DNA of 64,000 bases, taken from a virus. Its lineage: Duplodnaviria > Caudoviricetes. Below the pieces are notes generated by a model. That model searched no databases, was not told the DNA's origin, and saw nothing but the letters and a program-made list of their open reading frames with translations. A program made the position numbers and the translations under genes. This document shows positions 1 to 8,795 of the stretch, in pieces. Positions within the stretch are counted from its first letter, which is position 1, and every line of letters begins with the position of its first letter. The stretch is from the IMG/VR virus record IMGVR_UViG_2595698293_000001, positions 224,001-288,000 of that record. One strand, given 5' to 3'.

Positions 1-42
1 TACTAAACAAATACAAATAAAACCAATGAAGGATTTAAGTAA

Positions 43-600
43 ATGATCATCCAAATCAATAGTTATAAAACAAAAGAAGAACTGACCACCCTTATCATTA
101 AAGCTATTCAAAAAGGGGAAAGTTATATCAAAATTCCATTAGATAAAACAAGCAATCGTAATATTGTTATTTCTCAAATTGATAAAGATTTTGATATCAA
201 TATATGCTATATGGAAGAAACCAGTACTGATATCATTTACTCAGGTACTGAATCATTTAAACCAGACCAAATCATTACAGCAGTGTATAATTGCGTCCAA
301 CGTTATTTCAGTACTGAACCAAATAAAACAATCAGAGAACAACAAAAATACAATACACGAAATATGCAAGAAGTAGAAAAACATAGTAAAAACTTCCCCT
401 GTGGTATGACCGTCAAAGAATTAAAAGAATTAATTAAAGATTGGCCTGAAACCAATCAGTACGGAGAAGATACTTTAGTCTATATCAGTACTGAATCAGA
501 TACGGATTGTACTGTACATTCTTCGTGGTGTTCATCAGTAAGAACTAATGATAATGGTACACTTGTATATGACTTAACTCTTGATACAGAACAAAGATAA
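43..600 (+). CDS. hypothetical phage protein
   Basis: 185-aa ORF, AAGGA RBS, followed by hairpin. Confidence 0.75.
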   Translation: MIIQINSYKTKEELTTLIIKAIQKGESYIKIPLDKTSNRNIVISQIDKDFDINICYMEETSTDIIYSGTESFKPDQIITAVYNCVQRYFSTEPNKTIREQQKYNTRNMQEVEKHSKNFPCGMTVKELKELIKDWPETNQYGEDTLVYISTESDTDCTVHSSWCSSVRTNDNGTLVYDLTLDTEQR

Positions 601-608
601 TTAAAAAG

Positions 609-648
609 ACTCCCCGTAAAACTCGATCAAACGGATTCTACGGGGAGT
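609..648 (+). terminator. hairpin / probable terminator
   Basis: ACTCCCCGTA...TACGGGGAGT inverted repeat just after the stop codon. Confidence 0.55.
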
Positions 649-706
649 ATACTATATTGGACGATATGGTCATTATAGTAGACAATTTAATGGATATGGG
701 TGATTC

Positions 707-802
707 AGTACTGATAATAATGAATAGGAATTGATAAGAATAGTATAGTACTATTCAGTACTATTCAGAGTGAATCAGTACTATTAAGAATGATTAAGTA
801 CT
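707..802. repeat. helically phased AGTACT cluster
   Basis: AGTACT at 707, 747, 757, 777, 797. Confidence 0.8.
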
Positions 803-1075
803 GATATGCCACTAAGTCCGTTTATAAAGTCGCACCCAGTGGGCTACATTTGTAACTATTCAGTACTTAATAATTCAACTCATCAATTATTACAAACCTA
901 ACTATTTCAAATCTAATTACCCCATTAACTAAATCCCCAAATTATATATTAGCAAAAATCCCAGTACTAAATCAAGAAAAATCTGGATTGTCGATGAGAA
1001 AAAATCTGGATTTTAAAAATTTTGAAATGTCGTTCATAGTTCAGGAAAAAAATGAAATCATAACAAGAAAAGTGT

Positions 1076-1104
1076 TGACACGGACATACTGCCATTATAT
1101 AATG
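1076..1104 (+). promoter_or_regulatory. sigma70 promoter for a long non-coding region
   Basis: TTGACA-17-TATAAT, perfect consensus. Confidence 0.85.
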
Positions 1105-1109
1105 TAATC

Positions 1110-1555
1110 CTCAAGACGAGAGAATGTTCTCTCACAGAAAATGCGAAGAAGCCGAGTTTATCTGTCCCTGCGTTAGTGGGCTAACATTTGAATAGGACAA
1201 TACGTAGATGAGTGAAAAAGGTTCAAAGGGAAATATTTGATTCCCTGTAGTATAGTTAATGAGTTAGTACTGATTTAGATATAATCATTGAGTAGTACTA
1301 CTGTCGCAAAGGGAAACCTTTGGCTTCCATGGGGAGTGATGACAGAAGGGCATTATCCTCCATATAGAGTTACTGCGAATAACTCCGTAAGTTGGGTTGT
1401 GGCAAACCTCCTAAAATAGTGAATCTACAGTACTACTGATTGGTAGTACTGCTTTTAATTTAAAGTGTTTCTTTCCATAGAGAAAAGGTGCATGTAACTT
1501 GAACATGTGAACTACGGGAACAGTACTGAACAATTCCAGTACTGATTCCTCTCCA
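1110..1555 (+). ncRNA. candidate large structured ncRNA (~450 nt)
   Basis: perfect promoter, no ORF of 60 aa or more, about 10 hairpins (e.g. GAGAGAA/TTCTCTC, CAAAGG-GAAA-CCTTTG, CAGTACTAC/GTAGTACTG). Confidence 0.55.
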
Positions 1556-1596
1556 AATTTTGGATACAATAATGCTAGGCTTCAGTTAGTACTGAG

Positions 1597-1715
1597 TGAG
1601 AATGATAATGATTCTCATTTGAATTGGATGAGAACGATTCTCATTTACTATTGCAAATGATAATAGATTGCATTTACGAATGGTTCTCATTCGCAGATGA
1701 TAATGATTCTTATTC
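1597..1715. promoter_or_regulatory. array of ~5 Fur-box-like sites
   Basis: TGATAATGATTCTCA (1603-1617) has one mismatch to the Fur 7-1-7 consensus; related copies at 1628, 1655, 1678, 1697. Confidence 0.7.
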
Positions 1716-1847
1716 AAAATTGATTTTTCCGATTTTTTCCATTAGTCACCCTTCAGCGTAGGGTTAATTTTTCCCCTGCCGAATCGGTTTTATATTTTCA
1801 AAATCTGGATTAATCATATCAGTACTAACCCAGATAAACAATACCCT

Positions 1848-1862
1848 TTTACAAATCTTTAC
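1848..1862 (-). promoter_or_regulatory. CpxR-like box
   Basis: TTTAC-AAATC-TTTAC (GTAAA-N5-GTAAA on the - strand), 6 bp from a minus-strand -35. Confidence 0.55.
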
Positions 1863-1885
1863 AAAAAGATTCTAAATGCGAATAC

Positions 1886-1906
1886 AAATGATAATGATTC
1901 TCATTT
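1886..1906. promoter_or_regulatory. Fur-box-like site
   Basis: AAATGATAATGATTCTCATTT. Confidence 0.7.
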
Positions 1907-1914
1907 ACAGTACT

Positions 1915-1960
1915 GAATACTTTTCCCCACGCCCTGGCGTCTCCGGTTCCTCCCGTCTAT
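1915..1960 (-). ncRNA. short two-hairpin RNA unit (divergent copy)
   Basis: minus-strand promoter TTGACT-16-TATAAT (1994-1967); CGG-gaggaa-CCG then ACGC-cagg-GCGT. Confidence 0.4.
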
Positions 1961-2062
1961 ATAAACATTATACAGTACTGAAATATTAAGTCAATACTAT
2001 TTTTTCAAAAAGATTAAAATAAAATACTTGCAATCCTGATATTATTATATTATAATGTTTAC

Positions 2063-2110
2063 AGTACTGAGAAAGTGCTTTTGCCAGCTAGGGTGCGGGG
2101 GAGTATGCGT
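2063..2110 (+). ncRNA. short two-hairpin RNA unit
   Basis: TTGCAA-17-TATAAT; AGTACT-gagaa-AGTGCT then GGGTGC-N6-GTAT. Confidence 0.45.
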
Positions 2111-2111
2111 T

Positions 2112-2132
2112 AAATGAGAATGATAATCATTT
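2112..2132. promoter_or_regulatory. Fur-box-like site between convergent promoters
   Basis: AAATGAGAATGATAATCATTT. Confidence 0.65.
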
Positions 2133-2144
2133 ACAGTACTGGAC

Positions 2145-2180
2145 GGATTTTCCCACCCTCGGGGGTCTCTTTTTGTCTAT
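2145..2180 (-). ncRNA. short RNA unit (divergent copy)
   Basis: minus-strand promoter TTGATA-16-TATAAT; ACCC-ccga-GGGT. Confidence 0.35.
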
Positions 2181-2219
2181 GTAGTAATTATACAGTACTG
2201 AGATACTATATCAAGTCTC

Positions 2220-2234
2220 TTTACAAATCTTTAC
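2220..2234 (-). promoter_or_regulatory. CpxR-like box
   Basis: TTTACAAATCTTTAC, 5 bp from a minus-strand -35. Confidence 0.55.
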
Positions 2235-2328
2235 AAATCACCCGGGGAGATTTTTCTTTACAATAAAAGTACTTGCATAATTCTTTCAGTACTGCTATTA
2301 TATATTCATACCAAACAGGAGAACTACC

Positions 2329-2499
2329 ATGAAATACGCATACTCTTATTTTATTGTGAACGGTGAACGTTTGACCATCGGCCAGGCAGCGGTAAAGCAT
2401 GAAATCATTTGCGATGATCTGGCGAAGATGCTACCAGGTGAAACGCAAGAGTTTTACAAAGGCTTTCAGAAAGTCACTGTGACCCGCTGCGAAGATTGA
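2329..2499 (+). CDS. small early protein (56 aa, not in ORF track)
   Basis: promoter plus AGGAG RBS; MKYAYSYFIVNGERLT... Confidence 0.75.
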   Translation: MKYAYSYFIVNGERLTIGQAAVKHEIICDDLAKMLPGETQEFYKGFQKVTVTRCED

Positions 2500-2562
2500 T
2501 CCAGTACTGGGGCAGCAATGCCCCTAAAACGTCCTGTAACGCATTGTAAGAGGTTTTAGAAT

Positions 2563-2790
2563 ATGGCTAGAGAAGTTAACGCAGGTGATATAAAGGCGGC
2601 TGTACTGCGTACACTGAAAGCATACGGCAGAAAGTTGAATGATCGCAACGTTCCCTATTATTTCCTTGCTGCTACTCATAAAATGGCAATCGCTGAGGCT
2701 CGCGGGTGGCTGAATGATCGCAGTACTGTAAAGAGTACCAGAACAAGAAACGCAATTGAGCGATGGATAAAAGAATTAAATCATTTCTAA
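2563..2790 (+). CDS. hypothetical early protein
   Basis: ORF with GAGG RBS. Confidence 0.7.
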   Translation: MAREVNAGDIKAAVLRTLKAYGRKLNDRNVPYYFLAATHKMAIAEARGWLNDRSTVKSTRTRNAIERWIKELNHF

Positions 2791-2832
2791 TAGTTCAGTA
2801 CTGAAATTATAAGGGGAGTTAATTAATTCCCC

Positions 2833-2847
2833 TTTACAAATCTTTAC
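2833..2847 (-). promoter_or_regulatory. CpxR-like box
   Basis: TTTACAAATCTTTAC, 10 bp upstream of TTGACA. Confidence 0.55.
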
Positions 2848-2892
2848 AAAAGAATTGTTGACATAGTATCCCAGTACTGGTATTATGTATTC

Positions 2893-2940
2893 ATAGACAG
2901 AACAAGTCTTTGGCCCACCGGGTGCGGGGGAGTATCTATT
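2893..2940 (+). ncRNA. short two-hairpin RNA unit
   Basis: TTGACA-17-TATTAT; AGAC-agaacaa-GTCT, CCC-acc-GGGTGC-N6-GTATCTAT. Confidence 0.6.
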
Positions 2941-2946
2941 AGATTG

Positions 2947-2972
2947 AATGAGAATGATAATGATTCTCATTT
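2947..2972. promoter_or_regulatory. Fur-box-like site between convergent promoters
   Basis: AATGAGAATGATAATGATTCTCATTT. Confidence 0.7.
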
Positions 2973-2979
2973 ACTGTAC

Positions 2980-3027
2980 TGAATATATTTCCGCACCCTT
3001 TTGGGCTTTTCGATTACTTTCTACTTG
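2980..3027 (-). ncRNA. short RNA unit (divergent copy)
   Basis: minus-strand promoter TTGCAT-16-TATACT; GCCC-aaaa-GGGTGC. Confidence 0.4.
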
Positions 3028-3066
3028 TTAATAAGTATACCATAATCAGTACTGAATGCAATGGTC

Positions 3067-3081
3067 TTTACAAATCTTTAC
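3067..3081 (-). promoter_or_regulatory. CpxR-like box
   Basis: TTTACAAATCTTTAC, 5 bp from a minus-strand -35. Confidence 0.55.
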
Positions 3082-3178
3082 AAAAGAAAATAATTATAAA
3101 AAGTACTGAAAAAGTACTTGACGTAATAATGTAGTACTGGCATAATACATCCATACCAAACAGAACGGAGTAACTATA

Positions 3179-3466
3179 ATGTTTAATGAAAATGATCATA
3201 TTGTTAAAGAGTTTTCTTTCAGTAAGCCTATCCATTTAGAAAACGGTGAAACGCTGGACAATAAATTTTATGGTAGTATTATTAAGCGTTATACATCGCG
3301 GAGTAGTACTGGAATTTTGTGGGAAGTGAATAAACAGTACAATGGTAATTCGCTGGTTGTCAATGAGTGGGAAAGTTATGCAGTAGCTGAAATGGATTTT
3401 TCTAACTTTATTACTGAATCTTTGAACGATGATATTTTTTACAAGTTCACGGCGGAAAGGGTTTAA
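3179..3466 (+). CDS. hypothetical early protein
   Basis: own promoter, GGAG RBS. Confidence 0.75.
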   Translation: MFNENDHIVKEFSFSKPIHLENGETLDNKFYGSIIKRYTSRSSTGILWEVNKQYNGNSLVVNEWESYAVAEMDFSNFITESLNDDIFYKFTAERV

Positions 3467-3483
3467 AAAGTTTTAAAGAGTAC

Positions 3484-3511
3484 TTGACAACATAAACCAG
3501 TACTGTATAAT
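3484..3511 (+). promoter_or_regulatory. prototype early sigma70 promoter with two AGTACT sites
   Basis: agtacTTGACA-acataaaccagtactg-TATAAT; roughly 30 similar promoters between 2.2 and 20 kb. Confidence 0.85.
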
Positions 3512-3582
3512 GTATTGCATAGAAAGGAGATTCCAGAATAATGGAATCTCCGATAAAACAAACTAATCAGGAGTTAATTACC

Positions 3583-4191
3583 ATGAACGTTATCGATACC
3601 ATCTATTCTAAATCTTTTATCGAACTGAATGAAGAGCAGAAAGAAAAAGCAATTGATATTATGCGGGAAATTGAAAATCAGGACACTACCCCTTATTGGT
3701 CAATTGATCTTGTTAACCAGATGAAAGAAAAATTAGTACAATATGGAATTGATGATTCTGAAATTTTGTGGTCTGGATTTTGTTCACAGGGAGACGGTGC
3801 AAGTATCAGCACTGAATCAATTAATGCTGAGATGTTTTTACGTAAGGTAAAAGCGTGGTCTAAATTTAAAGGCTTGCGTAAATTCATCTCCGAAGAAACT
3901 ATTTCTTTGAGTGTTCGCCGGGTGAGCCATCATTACTATCATGAATATTGTGTTAGTGGTAATGTTGAAATTGCTTATTGTGAAGATGTTACCGCCAAAC
4001 AAGAACAATTAGTGGACGATTTGCAAACTTTGATCACAAGTACTATTCGTGATTTGTCTCGTGAATTGTATAAAGATTTAGGGAATGAAAACGATTATCA
4101 AAATAGTGATGAAGCATTGATTGAATTGATTAATGCAAATGATTATAATTTCAAAGTTAATAGTACTGGTAACGTATTGGGGTTAGCGTAA
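3583..4191 (+). CDS. conserved phage protein (WSGFCSQGDGAS motif)
   Basis: start moved to the ATG after AGGAG; motif recalled from mobile-element proteins of unknown function. Confidence 0.75.
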   Translation: MNVIDTIYSKSFIELNEEQKEKAIDIMREIENQDTTPYWSIDLVNQMKEKLVQYGIDDSEILWSGFCSQGDGASISTESINAEMFLRKVKAWSKFKGLRKFISEETISLSVRRVSHHYYHEYCVSGNVEIAYCEDVTAKQEQLVDDLQTLITSTIRDLSRELYKDLGNENDYQNSDEALIELINANDYNFKVNSTGNVLGLA

Positions 4192-4275
4192 TGACTAAAT
4201 TATATATTCGTTTCTGTTTTGCCTGGTACTTGTATAATCTGCAAAATGGTTATACAGTGAAATAATGCACTGATA

Positions 4276-4321
4276 TACTGTAAAACGTCCTGTAAACGAT
4301 TATGGGACGTTTTAAGGAATA
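4276..4321. repeat. palindromic repeat, copy 1
   Basis: TAAAACGTCC-N14-GGACGTTTTA; near-identical to 11717-11762. Confidence 0.8.
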
Positions 4322-4476
4322 TTAGTACAATGTTAGTACTGAATGATTTAAACGCCTTACAGTGGCTTACCGAGCGTTTAAAAAGTAATTGACGTAATAA
4401 TGTAGTACTGGCATAATTCATCTATACCAAACAACAAAGGGAATCAGTACTGATTCCCCTGTAAGGAGTAACCAAA

Positions 4477-4791
4477 ATGAGTACTAAAGAACTGAATGTA
4501 ACTACCAACACTTATAAGACGTTATGCGGTCGGTTGTTACGTGATTATTACACTGTAGAGATTGAAGAACGCGAATTACCCGAAGATAAACACTATTGGG
4601 AAAGTGGTGTTAGTCCTCTGCTACGGGTAACAACGTCTAAGCATGTTTTCTTTACTTCCCGCATTCATGTTAATAAGCGTGTTGAATTGACTTTCTCTTT
4701 CAGTGGTAGTTATAAAGATCATGAGATCTTGAATGATCGTATCGTTATTAATAAATTTATTCAAATGTATGGTGCGGATTCTTTACTTTAA
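4477..4791 (+). CDS. hypothetical early protein
   Basis: promoter, leader hairpin, AAGGAG RBS. Confidence 0.8.
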   Translation: MSTKELNVTTNTYKTLCGRLLRDYYTVEIEERELPEDKHYWESGVSPLLRVTTSKHVFFTSRIHVNKRVELTFSFSGSYKDHEILNDRIVINKFIQMYGADSLL

Positions 4792-4877
4792 GTACTTGAC
4801 AATTCGATCCAGTACTGTATAATGTATTACATCAAAGGGGATACATAGTGTATCCCTGATATAAAGGAGTAGCGACT

Positions 4878-5237
4878 ATGCGAGCTTTTAACGTTTATAA
4901 GAATGACAAGAAAATTGATGTTGTTTATTATTCCGAAGTAATGACGGCAAAAGAAGTAACCGATTTGCTGAATAGCCGTGGTGAATACAACGGCGAAGTA
5001 AAAGCATTTCGGTCATTGAATAGTGCGAATATTCGCACAGTACTGAAAAATGCTAAAACTGTTTTATTCAATGATGACGAATATTTTAATAAAGATGTTA
5101 CGGGTATTAAAAACCTGGAAGATCTGAAAAGCCTTATTGGTATTAAAGGCAACGTATACAAAGTGGGGGAAGTCGGATCCCGCCATGAATATAAATTAGC
5201 CAATAGTGATTATAAATTTTCAATCCTGGTAATGTAA
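4878..5237 (+). CDS. hypothetical early protein
   Basis: promoter, leader hairpin, AAGGAG RBS. Confidence 0.8.
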   Translation: MRAFNVYKNDKKIDVVYYSEVMTAKEVTDLLNSRGEYNGEVKAFRSLNSANIRTVLKNAKTVLFNDDEYFNKDVTGIKNLEDLKSLIGIKGNVYKVGEVGSRHEYKLANSDYKFSILVM

Positions 5238-5238
5238 T

Positions 5239-5442
5239 ATGAAAGTTTATATTTTGGAAGTGGAAGAATGTAATTCATATTCTTACAGTGGTACACTATC
5301 ACGCGTGGAGGCGGTATTTGCCAGCGAGAAAGAAGCCCACGCCGCTGGGGTTCAAAAAGTAAAAGAAGGCTATGAAGGTTATAGCGTCGATGCTTATGAT
5401 ATTCAGGGCGATCTTTCAGCACTTTTAAAGGAATTAAAATAA
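5239..5442 (+). CDS. hypothetical early protein
   Basis: coupled to upstream ORF. Confidence 0.7.
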   Translation: MKVYILEVEECNSYSYSGTLSRVEAVFASEKEAHAAGVQKVKEGYEGYSVDAYDIQGDLSALLKELK

Positions 5443-5657
5443 TGGAATATGAATTAATATATCACACTCGGTTATATGTTATTTTCTTTGAAATAACGTT
5501 ATGGGGAGTAAAGGCAACGATTTATAATAAAGACGTTGTCGACGATCAAGAATGGATCGTTGTTGCAGAAGATAAAACGCCTCATGATTCGTTAAGTACT
5601 GATTTTAAATTATGCCGTGAATTATTAAAGAGAATAAGAAAAGAGAATAATATATAA
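5442..5657 (+). CDS. hypothetical early protein
   Basis: TAATG overlap, AAGGA RBS. Confidence 0.7.
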   Translation: MEYELIYHTRLYVIFFEITLWGVKATIYNKDVVDDQEWIVVAEDKTPHDSLSTDFKLCRELLKRIRKENNI

Positions 5658-5687
5658 AACAAAGGGGATCGATTGATCCCCTTTGTT
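5658..5687. terminator. bidirectional intrinsic terminator
   Basis: AACAAAGGGGATC-gatt-GATCCCCTTTGTT. Confidence 0.8.
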
Positions 5688-5706
5688 GTTTCAGTACTGA
5701 ATTAAT

Positions 5707-5756
5707 AATAGATACACTACGGCACCCTATGGGTTAGTGCCTTGTGTCCGGCTTAT
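5707..5756 (-). ncRNA. short two-hairpin RNA unit
   Basis: minus-strand promoter TTGACT-17-CATAAT; GCC-ggacacaa-GGC, CCC-ata-GGGTGC-N6-GTATCTAT. Confidence 0.6.
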
Positions 5757-5801
5757 GTGGTTATTATGCCAGTACTGCGAACATAAGTCAATAGTTGATT
5801 T

Positions 5802-5816
5802 GTAAAGAAGTGTAAA
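5802..5816 (+). promoter_or_regulatory. CpxR-like box
   Basis: GTAAA-GAAGT-GTAAA, 10 bp from minus-strand TTGACT. Confidence 0.55.
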
Positions 5817-6019
5817 TGCACAGGAAGCATTGTAAGGCGTTAATCTGTTGCTGGTGGCTGATAGTATAGAGTAGTGTTTTAGATTGATTGTAGGCCGTTG
5901 TAGGCGTTTATAGATAGTAAAGTACTGATAATGTTTAATGATCCTGGTATGTGCAAATTATTTTAATTTTTTTCGTATTGGGTATTGACGGATTATGTCA
6001 GTACTGGCATAATGTATCA

Positions 6020-6150
6020 CATGAAGCGGCGAGATAGAAAATCATCTCAGTAGCTGGCCAGTAAAGCATACGAAGTCCTGGTGTCGCCTCAAACGGTTTT
6101 AGGTATCAAATAACACGTAACATCTAAACGTTGATGATACTGAAAACTAA
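6020..6150 (+). ncRNA. candidate structured RNA or leader upstream of the H-NS-like gene
   Basis: promoter TTGACG-17-CATAAT at 5985; nested stems GGCGA/TCGCC, GAGAT/ATCTC, CCAG/CTGG, GTATCA/TGATAC. Confidence 0.4.
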
Positions 6151-6246
6151 AAAGAAAAAAGTAGTTGACAAGTACTAACGAGAATGAGATAATCTCTCTC
6201 GTTGAAACAAACAAACAATCTTAATCAAAACTTAAAGGTGAATAAA

Positions 6247-6747
6247 ATGGCTAAACTGAATTCTGTGATCGTTGCTCTGCTGGCTGGTGATGTTGCTGCT
6301 CTGAATACTTCTTTCGCGTCGGTATCGATGGAAGATATGAAAACTGTTCGTAATAACTTTAACGAGTTTTACTCCAAGTTTAAAGCTGCTAATGAAGCTG
6401 CTGAAGCGGCGGCGAAAGAGCGTAAAGTACAGATCGAAACCGAAACGAAAGAACTGGTAGACGCCCTGGTAACTGCTGGCCTGGATCTGGAAATGGCCGC
6501 CGAAGTCGCCAGCCAGAAAATGGCGGTGAAATATCCCGAACTGGCTCCGAAGTCTGCAACTGGTAAAACCTGGTCGTTTGAAACCGTATTCGTTAACGTT
6601 GACGGTGAAAAACTGGAAATTGGCACCAAAGGCAACAAAGGCAGTATGAAAGCACTGGCGGCGGCACGCGAAGCAATTGCCGCAGGCAAATACAAAGATC
6701 GTGCTGAATGGATCGCCGCTCACGCCTGGACTGAAACCGAAGCGTAA
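6247..6747 (+). CDS. H-NS/MvaT-like nucleoid-associated protein (putative)
   Basis: coiled coil ending LVDALVTAGLDLE resembles H-NS YREMLIADGIDPNE; C-terminal GEKLEIGTKGN resembles MvaT GEVIETKGGN; highly expressed codon usage. Confidence 0.5.
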   Translation: MAKLNSVIVALLAGDVAALNTSFASVSMEDMKTVRNNFNEFYSKFKAANEAAEAAAKERKVQIETETKELVDALVTAGLDLEMAAEVASQKMAVKYPELAPKSATGKTWSFETVFVNVDGEKLEIGTKGNKGSMKALAAAREAIAAGKYKDRAEWIAAHAWTETEA

Positions 6748-6768
6748 TAATTCAGTACTGTAATAATT

Positions 6769-6794
6769 AGCCTCCTGTAATTAGGAGGCTTTTT
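6769..6794 (+). terminator. intrinsic terminator
   Basis: AGCCTCCT...AGGAGGCT-TTTT. Confidence 0.85.
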
Positions 6795-6904
6795 ATTTTG
6801 TTCAAAAAAATATTTTAATTTATTTTTTGAACGGACTTCAAAAATCGGATATAATAATAAAGGGTGTTAATTACAGAGACCCCCATAGTGTTCGCTACGC
6901 TCAC

Positions 6905-6941
6905 ATAATGATCTTACTCGTTGCACTCGTAAGATCATTAT
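6905..6941. repeat. 13-bp perfect inverted repeat
   Basis: ATAATGATCTTAC-tcgttgcactc-GTAAGATCATTAT. Confidence 0.8.
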
Positions 6942-7397
6942 CCAATCGGCCTTCGGCGATTTCTTTTTGATTTCCTACGGAAACCAAACGAAACCACCAG
7001 CAAAGGCAGATCCCATTATTTGATTTAGTTAGTACTGCGATTAATTAGTAATTCATTGCACTACATAGCAATCAATTCCTTTTGTAATAGCTCACAGGAC
7101 GCAATAAGACGCGTTTAAATGACTTCCCTATGTAATGCCATTCCTTTTTAATAAGTCCTCTTAAAACGCGTTACAGTGCGTTATATGGCGTTTTTATAAT
7201 ACTCATCATTTCTTTTTCAAAAAGTACTTGCATTAATGATCCAGTACTGCAATAATGTACTCACTGAAACGCAGTAAGCGAAGTAAGTAAATGCAAATAA
7301 GTACTTGACAAAGTGTTGTAGTACTGGCATAATGAATACATCAAAACGAAATAGCAAAGGGATTCAGTACTGAATCCCTGTTAAGGAGAAAAACCAA

Positions 7398-7871
7398 ATG
7401 TTAAAACTTCATAAAGTACTTGATAACGCAGTTGTAACCGACTTTTTCCTGTCTCTTAACAACGAACCGAAAACAGCGAAGGAAATTGTTTTGAGTGGTT
7501 ACATCGCCAGCAAGTCAGAGATCGCACATTTGGAAAGTGCTTTCAAGTCCGGTGATGCATTATACAAAAAAATGCAAAATACCATCGAAGATTTGCAATA
7601 TATCAATTTACGTGATATTGTAGACAATAAATTGGATATTTCAGAAGAAGCACGCGAGAAGCTGGTAAGTAAATTATGTTACCGCTGCCGAACTGCAAAA
7701 TGGAATCGCATTCGTAGTATTATTACTTACGATTTAAGTAATATCGATTCCAAATCAATTCTTGAACGTATGTTATTAAATTTACAAAGCAATGAGTGGT
7801 TTTATACCGCCGCTCAATCTCATAGCGAAGAAATTGCATATATTCGTGATTATGTAATTTACAGCAAGTAA
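7398..7871 (+). CDS. hypothetical early protein
   Basis: promoter, leader hairpin, AAGGAG RBS. Confidence 0.8.
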   Translation: MLKLHKVLDNAVVTDFFLSLNNEPKTAKEIVLSGYIASKSEIAHLESAFKSGDALYKKMQNTIEDLQYINLRDIVDNKLDISEEAREKLVSKLCYRCRTAKWNRIRSIITYDLSNIDSKSILERMLLNLQSNEWFYTAAQSHSEEIAYIRDYVIYSK

Positions 7872-7944
7872 TTAATAATTGATTAGCCATCATTAAAGCT
7901 GGTGGCTAATAGAATATTAATAACCTGTTAGGAGAATAATCTTT

Positions 7945-8214
7945 ATGAAAGGTATTAGTACTTTAATTGATAAAAACACTCATGTAAGACGTTCAATGAT
8001 TGCCGTATCACTGGCTAAAGTTGTTGCAAGTGGTTATCTGGTTTTTGTTGTAGATGGTAAATTGCAAGAGCGTTCAATTGCATTTAGTACTAAAGAAAAT
8101 TGCCGTTATATTGTATACAAGAAAGAAGCATACAAGATAGATTTACCAGCGAAACCGATCTCCGGTGGTTACAATGTTGAAAGTCTATATGAAAGGCCAC
8201 CGTATACTGCGTAG
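7945..8214 (+). CDS. hypothetical early protein
   Basis: AGGAG RBS. Confidence 0.75.
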   Translation: MKGISTLIDKNTHVRRSMIAVSLAKVVASGYLVFVVDGKLQERSIAFSTKENCRYIVYKKEAYKIDLPAKPISGGYNVESLYERPPYTA

Positions 8215-8291
8215 AATCGATTTTGAGCGGCTTTAATGAAATATAGGGTATCAGTACTGATACCCGTTTAAAACAGTGTAGGAGTGATTCT

Positions 8292-8462
8292 GTGAAGCGT
8301 GAACAAGCTTTATTGACGCCTGAAGAGGCAAGACGCTATGAAATGTTTTCAAACCAGGAAACGATCAAAGCGGCACAATATAACCCGGTTGCTTGTACAG
8401 TACAAAGAAAGAATTTTGTACTAAATGAAGTAGAAAGTATTATCAAATCAAATAAGGAGTAA
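8292..8462 (+). CDS. small early protein (GTG start, not in track)
   Basis: AGGAG RBS; MKREQALLTPEE... Confidence 0.6.
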   Translation: MKREQALLTPEEARRYEMFSNQETIKAAQYNPVACTVQRKNFVLNEVESIIKSNKE

Positions 8463-8468
8463 CAAGCT

Positions 8469-8741
8469 ATGCAAAATAACCGTCCAATGATCCGCAACAT
8501 GCTTTTCGTATTCCAGAAAAAAGTTAATGTAACTTCGGTAAATGGTGAACGTAAATTAAATGCAGCATTCGCCAAATATACCCAAAGCAAAAACATCCAT
8601 TACTTTTATCTTACTCTGAATGAGTTTAATGATCTGGTAAAAGAAATGTTTGTCAGTACTGAAATTGTTGCACCTGTAAGTACTGACACCATTTTGAAAG
8701 AGTGGGAAAGTTTTTACAAAAGTTCTGTTGTAATCGCTTGA
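8469..8741 (+). CDS. hypothetical early protein
   Basis: AAGGAG RBS. Confidence 0.8.
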   Translation: MQNNRPMIRNMLFVFQKKVNVTSVNGERKLNAAFAKYTQSKNIHYFYLTLNEFNDLVKEMFVSTEIVAPVSTDTILKEWESFYKSSVVIA

Positions 8742-8795
8742 CAACATAATCCAGTACTGGCATAATAACTACATAGACCACAAAGGAGAAACATA

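Noticed and set aside
613-632. Similarity of CCCGTAAAA..CTCGATCAAA to 10415-10439
   Set aside because: Two short matches separated by an indel; compatible with chance.
6020-6150. tRNA or hammerhead ribozyme
   Set aside because: No TTC T-loop, cloverleaf or CCA; TGATGA...GAAA lacks the CUGANGA core and stem II.
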